This document shows positions 1-18,885 of a stretch of 64,000 nucleotides of DNA, piece by piece. The notes beneath the pieces are model-generated. The model saw nothing but the letters and a program-made list of their open reading frames with translations. It did no database searches and had not been told where the DNA came from. The stretch's first letter is position 1. Each line of letters opens with the position of its first letter. The position numbers and the translations under genes are program-made. The stretch lies in assembly GCF_009914755.1 (NCBI RefSeq), contig NC_060926.1, one strand, 5' to 3'. This stretch comes from the human T2T-CHM13v2.0 reference genome, Homo sapiens.

Positions 1-720
1 GCTTAAGACGCATGTGGACTGTTTAAGAGGTTTCTTCTCAGAAATAAATGCATATCTGGCTTCAGTTAAACTTCTGAATTGATTAAAACTATCCTGCTCT
101 TTTGGGGGAATGTAAGAAGAGATGGCTGTGTTTGAGCCACACCTTGCAAGTGGAATATGACAGTAATAGAAAGATAAAATCTGTGAGCGTGGTGAGCAAG
201 ATTGCAGTGGGCATTAGAACTGTGCAGCAACTTACATTTTATTTATTCATTTTTATCTTTCTAATTACAAAATTAAAGTTCTGCATTGTTTCTTTAACAG
301 AAACAATTATTGTTTACATAATTTTGACTACTTGATTGGAAATATAGTCATTATTGTAAAGTAAGGATAATTTGACCACAGTTTTGTGTTTAATTTCAGA
401 AATAAAAATTGATTAATTGAGCTCAGATTTAAACAAAATAAGTTTATTGTGTTTCCAAAGTTTCTGCTTAAAAGAATGTGCCTCATAAAAGCCACACACA
501 CAAAAAAGTTTATTTTTTGAATCGAGGGTGGATAAACCTAATTTCCAACATGTAGTAATTTTCAGACATTTATATTAAGTCTAAAATTACTTCAAAATGA
601 AAGATTAAAAATCATTTTTTAAAACTTATATAGACAATTTGAAACTTACTTCAAATTGTCTTTCCCTAAATATTCCTACCAATTCTCAACCTCTTTTAGC
701 CCTGAATCTGTTTTCTAATT
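1..720 (+). mobile_element. Possible decayed hAT-superfamily (Blackjack-like) DNA transposon transposase fossil
   Basis: Translation from 90 gives YPALLGECKKRWLCL, resembling the hAT Y..LL.H..TRWLSL motif. Further on, NLLQIVF (643-663), IPTNS (672-686) and ESVF (704-715) occur in shifted frames, resembling the hAT C-terminal dimerisation motif, in the expected order. Confidence 0.4.
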
Positions 721-1167
721 TTCGTTTTTATGAATTGCTTCTTGATTCATGATTTTCTCTATTTGTGTTGAGTTCTCCACTTCCTACATTTATTTTCTGC
801 CCCCTTTTTCCATGGCATTTATTGTCTATTATGTGCAGAACACAGTGTTGGGAACTACATATACAATATTTAAAAAGAATACACACTTTTTTTATCTGAA
901 GTCATGCAGCTTGTAGTTGGGGAGTGATGCTCTATAAAAACAACTGCAATCCAATATGATGAATGTGAAGATGGAATACAGAAATTGCCACAGTCCCCCA
1001 GAGGGAGAAGCTGACTCAAGAGCAAGTGGAGCCTGGGTCTGCAGAGTCCGGACCTCCAGCACCGCCTCCTACACAGCCTCATCACGACTCAGAGCAGCAC
1101 CAGGGCTGCCTGGGATCGCCTGATGAAGCCACCGCATGAATGAGTTGAGGCTTTCTGATTAACAAGG

Positions 1168-1521
1168 TGATATGGTCTGACTGTGTCCCCACCCAAATCT
1201 CACCTTGAATTGTAATAATCCCCACATGTCAAGGGCAGGACAAGGTGGGGCTAATTGAATCATGGGGGCGGTTTCTCCCATACTCTTCTCATGGTGGTGA
1301 ATAAGTTTCATGAGATCTGATGGTTTTATAAGTGGAAGTTCCCCTGCACAAGCTCTTGCCTGCTACCATACAAGACGTGACTTTGCTCCTCATTCACCTT
1401 CCACCATGATTGTGAGGTCTCCCTGGCCATGTGGAACTGTGAGTCCATTAAACCTCTTTCCTTTATAAATGACCCAGTCTCAGGTATGTCTTTATTAGCA
1501 GGGTGAAAACAGACTAATACA
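1168..1521 (+). mobile_element. Solo THE1 (ERVL-MaLR) LTR, THE1B/C-like
   Basis: Begins TGATATGGTCTGACTGTGTCCCCACCCAAATCTC and ends GCAGGGTGAAAACAGACTAATACA; 354 bp, matching THE1 termini and length. Confidence 0.95.
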
Positions 1522-3569
1522 CCAAGCAAGTCTAGAATCAAAAGCTACCATGTAAAAGCTATATCCCAAAGATAGGAGTTTGTATCATTACCTTTTGATC
1601 TTCTTTTTAACCACTTCCATTTATCTGCAGTAAATGTCAGTCCAAGGACAAAACTTTTAAACCAGTCCCCCAAAAGAAGTTAAATGGCGTTTATGTCTCC
1701 CTTCACTAAAGACCTCTTGTACTCTTAAGTGGTTCTACATAGAGATAACTTAATGATAATAAGTTGTTCTATGCAGAGAGAACCTAATTGTACTCAAATT
1801 ATTCATGTTATGCCTGCTTTTGTCTTAACTAGGTTGTTAGCTCCACAAGGGCAAAACTCAAGCCTTTAACAGTAATAATAGTATATTACCAATAATTATA
1901 ACAATATATATTTAGTACATTTCTTTTGTAATTTTCTAAACATTTCTGTTATGTTGTCTTCCTTAATTCAAAAGACAGATGTGGGAGGCTGAAAGGCATC
2001 TTCAGGCTTTTCACAGGTGAGGAGACAGAGCCTTCATGGGTCTTTCCTCCCTGAGAAGCGCAGAGATGAATGTCTCCTCCTTCTCTCTCAGAGGTCTCCC
2101 TCCCTCCTGTTCCACCTCCTCTGCAAGAGTTCAGGCCAGGTGATGCTTAAGAAATTCATGTAAAATGTGTCCCTGGCTTGATTGAGCTGCCTGCAAATCC
2201 TGAGCCCAACATTCTCTAAGGGAAAGTTCCTCGTTTTTCTGAATGAGGAAAAGAGATTATGAAGAACTGGAAAGCTCTGACTGACAGCCTCTTTCAAAAA
2301 TGTGAAGCTGGTGGGTCTTGGTAAAGAAGAGCAGGAGGGCAGACAGAATGCTCTACAGCACGTAGAAACCACCCAGGCCAATACCCCTTGCCCTTTCCGG
2401 TCCAGCGCCAAGACCACTGAAGCTGGCTGTGACAGATGCACTCAGCCACAGCCCAAGACGGCGTGATGCTCAGGAGCTGACCGGTGGCAGCAGCCTCCCT
2501 TCTCCAGGCTCAGCACCTGGGAGTGCACGGCACACTCAACTGGCCTCTCTCCTCTGTCGATGAGAGGATCTGTTGATGCGCAGACAGCCTGTGGGGGAGG
2601 AGGTGCTGAAGCTGCAGTTTGAAGACCATTTCCATAACTTTTGAGAGGACTGGCAGGTCGGAAATGAGTCGATAGTTCAGATAGATTGTCAGGTAATAAG
2701 GAGAGTCGTTAGAACAGGGGAATAACTGCAGCTGCTTTAAATTGAGCAGGAATTCAGCCAGATGTCAAGGTGGGAGCGATGCTGCTATCTATAACAGAAA
2801 CCCCATCTTCCACCCATGCCTAAAGAGCCACGTGGGCCATGGGTTCAAACAAGAGGTTGACAGCTGCAGCTCCCAAATTGCCTTCATCTCTCGTGCAAGG
2901 GCACCCACAATGCAGTCAAGAAAGACAGATTGATTTCGTGTTCAAAGACTCACAGTGCTGAAAAATGCCAGTGCCTGGGCTCCATGGCCTCAGTTACTCG
3001 TACGAAATGAACTGGAAAGATTAGGCAAGGCAAGAAATTACGGGATACAAAGCTGGTTCGACATTTACTCTGCTATTAAGAGATGATAGTGAATACACTA
3101 ATTCTCCTCAGTGTTCAATGCAGTTGAGGCACACAACGCTCAGCTCTCAGGTTCCTCCCTTTCGGGGCTACAAAGGATCTCAAGTGTCCAGAGAACGTGA
3201 AAGAATGAGAGCCTTCGCTTGTGGGCCCAGAATTCAGCCATCTCCCGAGGCTCTCAAATGCTTTATGCTCATCCGCACAAAGCAACCTCCGGATGAAAGC
3301 CTGTCAGCTGCGACTTGCGATTTGAATGCTGGTGCACACACACATCACACTAGAAATGCCAGCTGATCCCTGGGCAAGTTGAAGGGGTCATAGGATGCCG
3401 GTGCTCTCCAGGGCTCAGCACAGAGATTATCCCAGGGCACTTCGGCCTCTGTCTGAACAAACCACAGTCATTTTTAACATGAATCACGAAAGTAAACACT
3501 ACACATAATTTCATGCTTTCATTTCTTTGTTCATGTGTTTCCTCCTCCCCAGAAAGCTTTGTCCTCACT

Positions 3570-3826
3570 CTTCTTCATCCATTAAGGTCCAGATCAAACA
3601 CCACTTCCTACGAGAACCCACTCCCTCCCATCAGCAGCACTCCACCAACAGTTTATTGATTTACAACTCGATTAGTGCACTCATTACACATTTTTATAAT
3701 GGTCAATTGCCTATGTGGCCTTCCCCTAATAAATTATGAGAATGGACTATAACTTATTTATTTGGTATCCTCAGTGCCTAGTACCGTGTTGGGTGCATAG
3801 CCAGAAATCAATAAATAATTGTGGAC
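3570..3826 (+). mobile_element. L2 LINE 3' end fragment
   Basis: GTATCCTCAGTGCCTAGTACCGTGTTGGGTGCATAG...CAATAAATAATTGTGGA resembles the L2 3' terminus. Confidence 0.6.
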
Positions 3827-4189
3827 TTAGTAATCTCTGCATTCTAGGAAGCTCGAGAATTCTTAATGAGTGAAATGTCAATAGGTATAGCAGCAACGAG
3901 CTGGAAAGGACGGGAACTGACACCATGGGTAGGTGGTCACAGATTTGCAAATGTATAGGCAAAGCCATAGGTAAGCAGAGGTTCACTTGACTTAGCATCC
4001 ACATCACCACTGTTGTCTTTCCTGCGATATCTAGACTCAACCCTAAACAAGAGGATGGATTGCAAGAATAGAGGTCAAACATAAATTTCATTTGTTCAAC
4101 ACAGACTTGCTGATGTCAAGGTATGTGATGAGACATCATCTTTAAGTGAGTTTCTTCTCAGAGAAAACATTCATGCCTTTCAATATAAT

Positions 4190-4523
4190 TTCTTTTTTTT
4201 TCTTTTTTTGAGATGGAGTCTTGGTCTGTCATCGAGGTTGGAGTGCAGTGGTGTGATCTCAGCTCAATGCAATCTCTGCCTCCCAGTTCAAGCAATTCTC
4301 CCGTCTCAGTCTCCAAGTAGCTGGGACTACAGGAGTGTACCACCATGCCCAGCTAATTTTTCTTTTCTTTTCTTTTCTTTCTTTTTTTTGTGTGTGTGTA
4401 TTTTTAGTAGAGACGGGGTTTCGCCACATTGACCAGGCTGGTCTCAAACTTCTGACCTCAGACCATACACTTGCCTTGGCCTCCCAAGGGCTGGGATTAC
4501 AGGTGAGAGCCACCGCGTCCAGT
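4190..4523 (-). mobile_element. AluS element with expanded (TTTTC)n/(TG)n linker
   Basis: Poly-T, then GAGATGGAGTC...GGAGTGCAGTGG...CTGGGATTACAGGTGAGAGCCACCGCG; both monomers present. Confidence 0.97.
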
Positions 4524-5078
4524 TGAAATTGATCACTCTAAAATATAATTCACTCTCTTTCCCTGGAAGTTCTCAACCCTCATATTCCATATCCAACTAT
4601 AATGTCCAGTTGTAACGTTCACTGTAAATCTCAGTCTCAGTAACTGACAGGACGCTCTCCTGCTTCCTCCAAAGTCTACTTCCCAAGCTCCTCCCCTGTA
4701 TTCTTGTGCTGGCCTCTGTGGTTCTGGGACTCACATTTGAGTCCTGCTAGAATGCACCTGGTTCTCTTGCTCTCCCTATGTCACCTCTCAATCCCATCCT
4801 CCCCTGAGACCTTCTAATTGTTTAAAAAGAAAAAAAGAATCTTGATATTTCTCTTATCTATCCCTGTTTTCCCATTGCGACTATTCTTTCCTCTGTTACC
4901 ACCTAGATCAGAGCCTGAATCGTTCTCTACTTCTGTATCTCATGCTAATGCTTCATCCTCAAAGCCTTCAGAATCATCTTTCTAGGCCATTGCTTTCCTC
5001 CTCTAACGTCCAGAATTTCCTTCAGGGCAAAGTCTCGGTTCTCCTGCTCAGCGCTCTGCACGTCTGCATGTTCTCTGG

Positions 5079-5192
5079 CCTCCCACGGGCTCTGCCATCC
5101 CTGTCCCCATGCTCAGGTTCAGCCAGGCCTGTCTGCCACCTCCCACGGGCTCTCCCACCCCCACCCCCATGCTCAGGTTCAGCCAGGCCTGT
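5079..5192. repeat. 60-bp tandem duplication (~1.9 copies)
   Basis: CCTCCCACGGGCTCT...CCCCATGCTCAGGTTCAGCCAGGCCTGT repeats at 5079 and 5139. Confidence 0.9.
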
Positions 5193-6382
5193 ATACTCAT
5201 CCTGGCACATCTCCACCTCCAAACCCCAGCACAGGTCAAACTCCAAAGCACCTCCATCCACTCTGGGTCAATTGCATCAATGTTTTAAGACTCAGCTCAG
5301 GTGCTAATTTCACAAAGAAAAATTTCCTGACCATTCCAGCCCAAAGTGAGCTTCCCCTCCCTCCTGTAAGCTCAGAACACAGAGCCAAATAAAGACACCA
5401 TTTACACAGTGTTCAGTTCATACAGTAAGCCACGAGTGACATTTAATTGTGCAGTATCCTCTACAGGTGTTCTTTTAAATTCTAGAAGAAAAGATCCTAA
5501 CATTTTTTCTTCTGTGTGACCTCCACACCTAGTTTAGAGCCAGGGCTGTGGAAAAGACTTGCAGTGTGTTGACGGGTGCATATGCATACACGTATGTGTT
5601 AGGCAATTTCTTGTGAGTGCTTAAAAGCCTTGTAGTTTTGGATTCAGAAGCTGGGGACTCTGTCTAGATCCAGGCTTCACTTCTCAAGTGGACTACAGAG
5701 GATTCCCTACACCTGGTTCTAGAAGTGAGCAGAGAAGGGGAACAGTCTTGGCTTGGCAGACTCAGGAGATTTATTCTCATTCCTGGAGTTGTGGGGGGCA
5801 GTAGACAACCAGCCAACCAACCAACAAACAAACAAAACCTTCTGTGCCTAAAAAACCCCAAAACCTGCATCTATAGATTGGAGAGACTTCCTCCACACTT
5901 CTCATCTGTCCTTGGGGAGTTCTTGCAATTTCTACCCTATTGAAGAAGTAGCCATTCCACCCCATCAAGACCTTAGGACTTTCCCACCACCTCCATTGTA
6001 TTTCAGATCGGTTGCTTTTTTCCAGATAAGAAACACTCACAAGATGGATATTGGGTATGTGGGCATTTATCTAAACCAGCAAGATCCTCTAGGGTAGATT
6101 TTAAAGCCCCAAAGGCTTCAGAGCTGGCACTGTACCCTGGGAGAGGGCTCACTCAATGGCTTGGGAACAGCACTTACGAAGCAATATGGATAGTGAAGTG
6201 GGAGACTATTGAAGGTTCCCTTTATCACATCACAAACAATCACCCTGTACAAAATGTGCCCAACTCAAGCACAGGGGAGAGTCACATGTCCTCTTCAAGG
6301 CAGACTGTGTCCTGTGTATTTCCAATTGTTCACTGATGATCCCCATTCCCCAGCTCAGTGATAAGCACTTCATAAAAGGTAA

Positions 6383-6558
6383 GGGATGAGAAAGTACCTA
6401 AGGGACACGATGTCCACTATTTGGGTGATGGTTATACTAGAAGCCCCAGTTTCACCACTGCAAAATAGATCCATGTAACAAAACTGCACTTTAACCCCAA
6501 AATCGATTAAAAAGCTTTAAAAACTTAAAAATCACAAAATAATTATAACAAATAAAAA
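6383..6558 (+). mobile_element. L1 (L1PB/L1MA-type) 3' UTR end with A-rich tail
   Basis: TTGGGTGATGGTTATACTAGAAGCCCCAGTTTCACCACT...CCATGTAACAAAACTGCACTTTAACCCC, followed by an A-rich tail. Confidence 0.8.
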
Positions 6559-9200
<2,642 letters not shown>

Positions 9201-9224
9201 TTTTATTAATATTAGTCAAATTTT

Positions 9225-9440
9225 CAGCAAATATTTTCTATAAAGACCACCTACAATATCTGCTGCACCACTTCCTCCTCCTCTTCTCTGTTTCTTATAA
9301 TCATTATCATCTTCCCCATCTTTGTCTTCATTTTTATGTGTGCTCTTATCTTTCTCTTCCCTTAACAGTCTTTTAAATAGATAAAAACCATTCTTAGCTC
9401 ACGAGCACACTGCAAGCCATGTTTTCCTCATGGTCCATAG
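9225..9440. mobile_element. MER58-like (hAT-Charlie) MITE fragment
   Basis: CAGCAAATATTTTCTATAAAGACCA and TAAAAACCATTCTTAGCTCACGAG resemble MER58 segments. Confidence 0.4.
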
Positions 9441-9691
9441 TAGGATGAGGCCTGGCTTGGGGTGAGTCTACTCAAGTCTAACAGAACCACTGATAGGGTT
9501 GGGTCCAGATCTAGTCTGCTGCCCTTTGCTCTTTATTGGTCTCCTTTCTTCTTTTATTCCTCTTTTATTAAGTTAATGGTTTTTGTGTGTGTGTGTTGAA
9601 TAAATGTATTTTAGTTATTATATTGAATGTTTATTTTTCTTTGTGTTTATATTCTAGGTAATATAATACAATATTCATTTTTAACTTCAAG

Positions 9692-9732
9692 TCAATATTG
9701 ACATATATTCAATATTGACATATATTCAATAT
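9692..9732. repeat. 17-bp tandem repeat (TCAATATTGACATATAT, 2.4 copies)
   Basis: Read directly; the first unit sits in the palindrome GTCAATATTGAC (9691-9702). Confidence 0.9.
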
Positions 9733-9989
9733 AATGTAAAAACTTTATATCAGTATGTTCCCATTTCCTTCTAATCCATTGTTCTTTTGTTGTTATTTAT
9801 ATTACATCAATATACATTATAAACTTTAAAATACGTTCTTATAAATTTCACTTTAAGCAGTCATATGTTTTTAATAAAGTCAAGAAACAAAATAAACATA
9901 TATAATTATAAGATAATAATATATAATTGTTCCATTATATATGGAATATATATAATAAACCAATATTTTATTTTAAAATCAGTAAGCAA

Positions 9990-11000
9990 TATTTTATATC
10001 TAACATTTCCTGTGTTCTTTATTTCCTTCATGGATCTGAGGTTTCATCTGAAACCTTCAGGTGAAAGATATTCCTTAGCATTTTTACAGTGCAGGTCACT
10101 AGCAAATAATTCTGTCAGGGTTTGTTTATCAAAAACGCCCCTGTTCTGCTTTCATTTTTAAAGGAAGTTTGTTTATACAATGAAGGCATTTTTTTTTTTC
10201 ATTCAGTGTTTTGAACATTTTATTTCGAATCCTACGGATTCCACTGCTTTGGATGAAAAGTCATCTATAAATTATATCCTTCCTTTTCATATGTGAATTG
10301 TCTTTTTTTTGTTGTTTTCTTCACTGCTTTCAGGACTTTTGCTTTGCTTTGGGTTTTTACTGGTTTGAATATAGTGTTTAGGTGCATTTCTCTTTGTGTA
10401 TATCTTACTTGAGACTTTTTGAGCTTTGTGGATTTGAAAACCAATGTTGTCATCAAATTTGGGGAATTTTTAGGCATTACTACTCTAAATATTTTTTGTG
10501 ATTTGTATTTTCCTTCTATCTTTCTAGAACTCCAATTATACATATGTTGAAATGTTTGATAATGTTTAATAAATCTCTGCATCTCTCTTCACTTTTATCC
10601 TTTTTTTCGGTGCTTTTCAAATTGGATACTTTTTAATTTATCTAATTTTTTAAATCTCAGTTCTTTCTTCTGCCAAGTCAGTGCTACTGATTAACCCATT
10701 CAATGAATTTTTATTTCAGATATTGTGTTTTTCAGTCTTAGAATTTTGATCTTTTTTTTAAAAAAAATACTTTTCCCTTCTCCACTGAGATTTCCTGTTT
10801 ACTCACTAATAGTATACTTTCTTTAAATTATTGGATCAAAATTGTTCTATAATTGTTTGAACATATTTATAATAGCTTCTTTTAAGTTGATGACTGCTAA
10901 TTCAAAATCAAGACCCACTCAAAGTTATTTTTTTGATTGTGGTCATACTATCCCATTTATATTTGTGGCTAATAATTTTTGACTGAAAACAAGACATTGT
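9990..11000 (-). mobile_element. Old L1M ORF1 region (ORF1p relic)
   Basis: Minus ORF 10265-10582 (KIFRVVMPKNSPNLM...FKPVKTQSKAKVLKAVKK) resembles L1 ORF1p IFEEIM.ENFPNL...KLLKTKDKEKILKAAREK. Confidence 0.75.
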
Positions 11001-12069
11001 AGATCGTAGCAGCCCTGGATTCTGTTTGCTCCTTAGATTTTTGTTTATTCATTTTGTTTTGTTAGGCAATTAATGTGCTTGCACACAAACTGTGAAATAT
11101 TTCTTCCTCCCAGTTTAATTTTCTTTTAAACCTGCCTATGTAGGTGCCTCCCTTGGTTCTGTTTATTTTAATTCTCAGCCAGGGATTTAGTCAGAGGTTA
11201 TGCTCAGTTTTCTCAAACCAATTTGGCTTCAGGCATCTGGTTAAGCTGTCTCTAGTTCAAGGATGCATTTTAAAATTCAGCAAGTTTGAAAGCACCCTTG
11301 CTGTTTTGGGGCTTTCTGTAATTTTCCACACAAATGCAGAGCCTAACCATCAGTCAGGGACTTGTGCAGACTTTATTATCCCAGACTTTCTCCAGCTATC
11401 ACCCCTATTATTATAATGTTTCCCTTTAAATTTTTGGCTGTTCTGCCACCCAAACCAAACATGCCACAGCTGGCTACTTCTTCTTCTTCTTCTTTTTTTT
11501 TTTTTTTTTTTTTTCCCTCAACAACCTGGGGAAATGAGAAACCCTCCAGGAAAGAAAATCACAAACATCATTCTGACTCAAAGCAGTAATAAAGTGTTGC
11601 AGGTTGTTCTAGAAACCTAGCAAGAAACATATGAAGATGTGTGGTCTCCTCATGTTTCGGGAAACGCTCTGCATGGCACTAATTTGTATGTGGCATGTGC
11701 TTTCCAAAGGCGCCCGTATCCACAGACATCCCCACACCACTATTCGGGCTCCCTTTGTCCTTTTTCTGTTCAGGTATGGAATGTGTATTCAGTTATACTA
11801 TTTTCTGTCAGGTGTTTTCAGCCTTCTTTCTTTAGAAAGAAACTTTTAAATGAGTTAATTAATACCATAAGATAAATTGGACTCAATAAGAACATCAGGC
11901 ACATTAAAAATATTCTCGTATTATTCTCGATGTGGTGTTAACCTGAATTTCTGAATTACAATATTTAGAACAATATGTGGCCACACAAGGAAGGAAAGGT
12001 AAAACTAGATTTTCTTGAAGATTTTCTTATATCTTTGTTTCTATTTTTCTTTCTATTTAATAATGTAAA

Positions 12070-12222
12070 TATCTGCATCAGAATCACCCAAGGTGATAGC
12101 TGAAATTCAGATTTCTAGGCTCCACCTCCATTGTCCTGTATCATCATATCCCCAGGTAAAACTCAGAAAATCTATATTTTTAAATAAGGTTCCAGAACAA
12201 TTCTTATGTATGTTGAAATTTG
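12070..12222. mobile_element. MER5A/B (hAT-Charlie) fragment
   Basis: CTGCATCAGAATCACC...CAGATTTCTAGGCTCCACC...TCTATATTTTTAAATAAG...TTCTTATG matches the MER5 pattern. Confidence 0.6.
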
Positions 12223-14955
12223 CTAATGAAGGCCTTAAAATATCAAAGTATCTATTTAAGAAAATACTATCAGACATTTGCTGTTTTTACTTTTTAACCT
12301 AATAATTGATTTCAAGCTTATTTTAAGGAAATAATTAAAATAAGTTGAGATGCTTCAAGGCCTGAAGATGTACATCATCTCATTATTTATAAATAAAGCT
12401 TTAGAAGTAAGCATCCAGCAATTAGAGAATGGCTATAAATATACGATTAAGTAACTCTAAGATATATTATAAGCACTAATAGTATACTTATGAAAAAAAT
12501 AAATATAGCACTATAAAAATAATAAAAACAACATAAAATTGTATGCATACCATTATTACCTCTATGTAAAAAACATGAATTGATATAGTTAGACTAGAAA
12601 GAAACATAGAAAAAATAAACTATGTCAAGGTGATGACATTAGAGATCATTAACATTTTTAATGTTTTGATATGGAAATGATACTTCAAAAAGAGAAGTTT
12701 AGCAAAACCTACTAATAAGTAAATTAGATAATACTGATATTTTAGATTGTATTTAGCCCGAACATGTTTCTGTAATGCTTACTAAGTATCACCTTTTTTT
12801 TTCCCTGAACTACTGTAGAATCTTTTAAATGTGATATTCCATCAGCACTTGCAGAAGGAAAAAAGTCTGGGAATGGCCTTCTGTGGAGGGGAGCAGAGCT
12901 TCAGTCAGAGAGCACTGAGAGTGCCTGCCCCCAGAACAGAGCACTCTCAGATCCCTGTGGGTGTGAAGTCAGGTGGTGGGTTGGGTCCAATAGTTATGCA
13001 TCTTTGTCTGACAGGCTAAGGAGTTTGTTTTTTTTTCTCTTAGAGGCCACGAGGTGAAGATGCTTTCCTAAGCAGGTAAATTTTTGCCCTGGTATTAAGC
13101 ACAGTGCGAAGAAGCAACTGAGAGGCAGAGGCTGTGACTTTGAATAAGAGGGAGTTGACTCAGTGTCACCAGTTTTTCCTTTACAGCAAAGCCCTGCCAT
13201 TGCAATATGCAAATATGAGCACGAGTTATTTAAACCATCCCTGCAGAATACTCAGAATACTACTTTCTAAATAGTCACTTGCGCCAAGGAAGTTGCTATC
13301 CCTGTGCCAATTTGGACTTCCTTTCAGATTAGAAATGTCTTGGAAGAGATACCATTTGGGAAGTAAGACTTTGGTTATAAAAAGGAATAAGAAAGCAAAC
13401 ATCAGCATTTGGTCATGAAGTGCTACTACTTATTACGTGTGAACAGAATTGATTATTTCCAGAATTTCCAGAATTAGACCTGGCATGTGTCCTGAATTTA
13501 TGGGCATAGCTTTAAAACCTTCTGAATTAAACCTCTGGGTAGTTAGTGCAACTGGCCCTGCCTCCATAGTATCTGTTTGTTCATAGTAGTGCAGCCCTGA
13601 AGTTACGGACTACATGTTGCTGATACCAAGCACCTGAAACATCGGAATTTAAGATCCATCTTCATTCCCTTTTCCACTCAAAGAGGGAAAAACCTGAATT
13701 CTATCCTCAGGCAATCTATAAATGCTTATTGAGCACATACTATGTGCAAAGAACTGGGCTAGCTGCTATATACAATGAAGGGATAGACAAAGAAGATGCA
13801 GATTCTTGGAATCACACAGACCCAAATATAAGCAAAGCTACGTAGTAATCTAGTTGCTTACTAACACTATAAAATCTTACAAATCATTGATAAGAAAAAC
13901 GACACAAACTCTACATAGGTAAAATCCATACTGATGATCTAGTTCAAAAATAAATTATTAAATGTGTCTGAGTGGTCTTTGGAAAGATTACTGCAACTCT
14001 AGAGCAAATTCAGTTGGTTTTGTCCCTCTTTTCTGTCTGAATTCTCTTCCTATGTTGCCTTGTTTTCTTCTCCTAAAGCCAGTATTGTGCTTTCTTTTTT
14101 ATGCACTGCCTAACTCAGACCCAATTGCCGGCTTTCTTCTCTCCTTAATAAAGAGTCAACTTCTCCCTCAGCCATTGTGCTCAGGGTGCCCCACACCCGC
14201 AAGCTCCATGCAAGTCCTGAACTGTGTCACTTAAGTGTCTACATTTTAAGTCCCCTCCTGGGGGCTGGAAGTGTGTTCTTTGTTCAGCACCATTTAATCT
14301 ATTGCTCTGCACAATGTACATTCACTGAGCAACATAAATCATAAATAATAATAGTCAATATCCTTAGGGCAAAGCACAGGCAAACAGCTTGCCTCCAGTA
14401 GCCTGCCCCCAGCAGGGGCTTTGACAACGGCTAGTCACCTCAACACGAGGGTAGCATTTAGCCCACCTGTGTTTCCCATTATATGAAGTCATTGAAGGAG
14501 ACTTATTTTTTTTAATAGCAAAATGAGACAACTGAATATTTATCCTTATAAGCATCTTTTAAAAATCAAAATTACTCTTTAATCCCAATTATGGTTATTA
14601 ACCAATTAGTTCCTCCACATCTCACTTAAATAATTTATTGCAGAACACACTCAAGGACAATTCTCAAATCCAAGTACTGCTTCAAGTTCACCTAATTACT
14701 ACAGCATCAGAGCGACACGCGTTCCAGAATAAGAGGCTGTCCGTGGATTTGCTTCAGCGCTCCATGGCTTGGCAGACTTCCTCTTTGCCAGGGCCGTTGT
14801 ATACGTAGCTAAGTCTGAGTAAAAAGACAGTTCCACGATTCAGGTACAAGAAACATAACACCAAACTAGACTGTAAAAAATGACAAGTGTAAGTGCTAGA
14901 AAAAAATCTCAATAATAGAAATGCTTATCACATGATTTGGGGTAGAAGCTGGGTG

Positions 14956-14958
<3 letters not shown>

Positions 14959-14995
<37 letters not shown>
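14959..14995. repeat. (GT)n microsatellite, ~18 units
   Basis: Pure GT run. Confidence 0.98.
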
Positions 14996-14999
<4 letters not shown>

Positions 15000-15639
15000 A
15001 ACATAGGTTGAGGTGGGAGAACTGGCAAGAGTAGGTAAAAAGATCAACACTATTAAAGAAACAAGGACAAGCAGAAAAAAAGAGAGATTTGAAGGACATA
15101 GTTATTTATTGTTTCAGCAGTCAAATCATCTTACAGAATAGGAAAATAGATCACCTCTATATGCTTGACATCATTTTTTTTGATGCATGATCAGAACAAG
15201 ATATTCATAGATAATAAGGCCATTGTAAACCAAAACCATCTAACCCTTTCAAAGTGTCAAGAAGGGGAATCTATATTTTCCTAAATGTCTTGAAATCACT
15301 GTTTAAAAACATAGGAGAGAGGGACTGAGTAAAGGTAATAACATGTGGCTGGCCCTCATAATATGTTTTGCAAATAAGAAAATTCACCCCTTGCATGGAG
15401 CAGAGGTATCCCACACCAAGGCAGAGGGTAGCCTGGACCTGGGCCCCGTTCACCTCCTGAACACTTGCCTGGGGAATGTGGGGTGTGTGGTGCTGACCGC
15501 ACACCTCTCCTGGAGAGGCTGGAGGGAGGGACACATAGAAACAGCAAGTTTCATGTTGTGTCATGGAATAAAAGTAGATTCATACCTATTGAGGGAAAGT
15601 ACCTTGTTTAGAAAACATTCCGATTTCCTCAGGAGTTGA

Positions 15640-15949
<310 letters not shown>

Positions 15950-16419
15950 TAGTTCACTTTTCTAAAATGGTACTGACGAACTTCCTTGTTCATTACTGTC
16001 TATACAACTGACCTAAAAAGACCCAAGTGTAACCACATTTATGTAAATGTAGCACAATCTGCATTTCATTTTGAGAGATGATGTAGGTACAAGCTTTCAC
16101 ATAAAAATGCCTCTTGTCACAGAGGAAGGTATGCCAAAATTTATTGAGACCTTGAAAGTAGTGTACTAAAAAAGTGTGTGAATGTGTGAATTTTACACTG
16201 AATACTCTCTAGGAATCAGAGTGAATATTGCTTGTCTAAACTGATTCATGTGAGCAAGGTTATCATGCAACATCAAGAATTCTGAACTCCAGTAAGCCAA
16301 AAAAATTGGTTTTAGAAATCAAAGGTTTGAAAGAATCATTAAATTCATCAAATTATCTTGTTTGATATGAACTCAGTTTGGGGAATCTTCTATTGAAGAA
16401 TAGCCTCTGTAAGCAAAAC

Positions 16420-18885
<2,466 letters not shown>

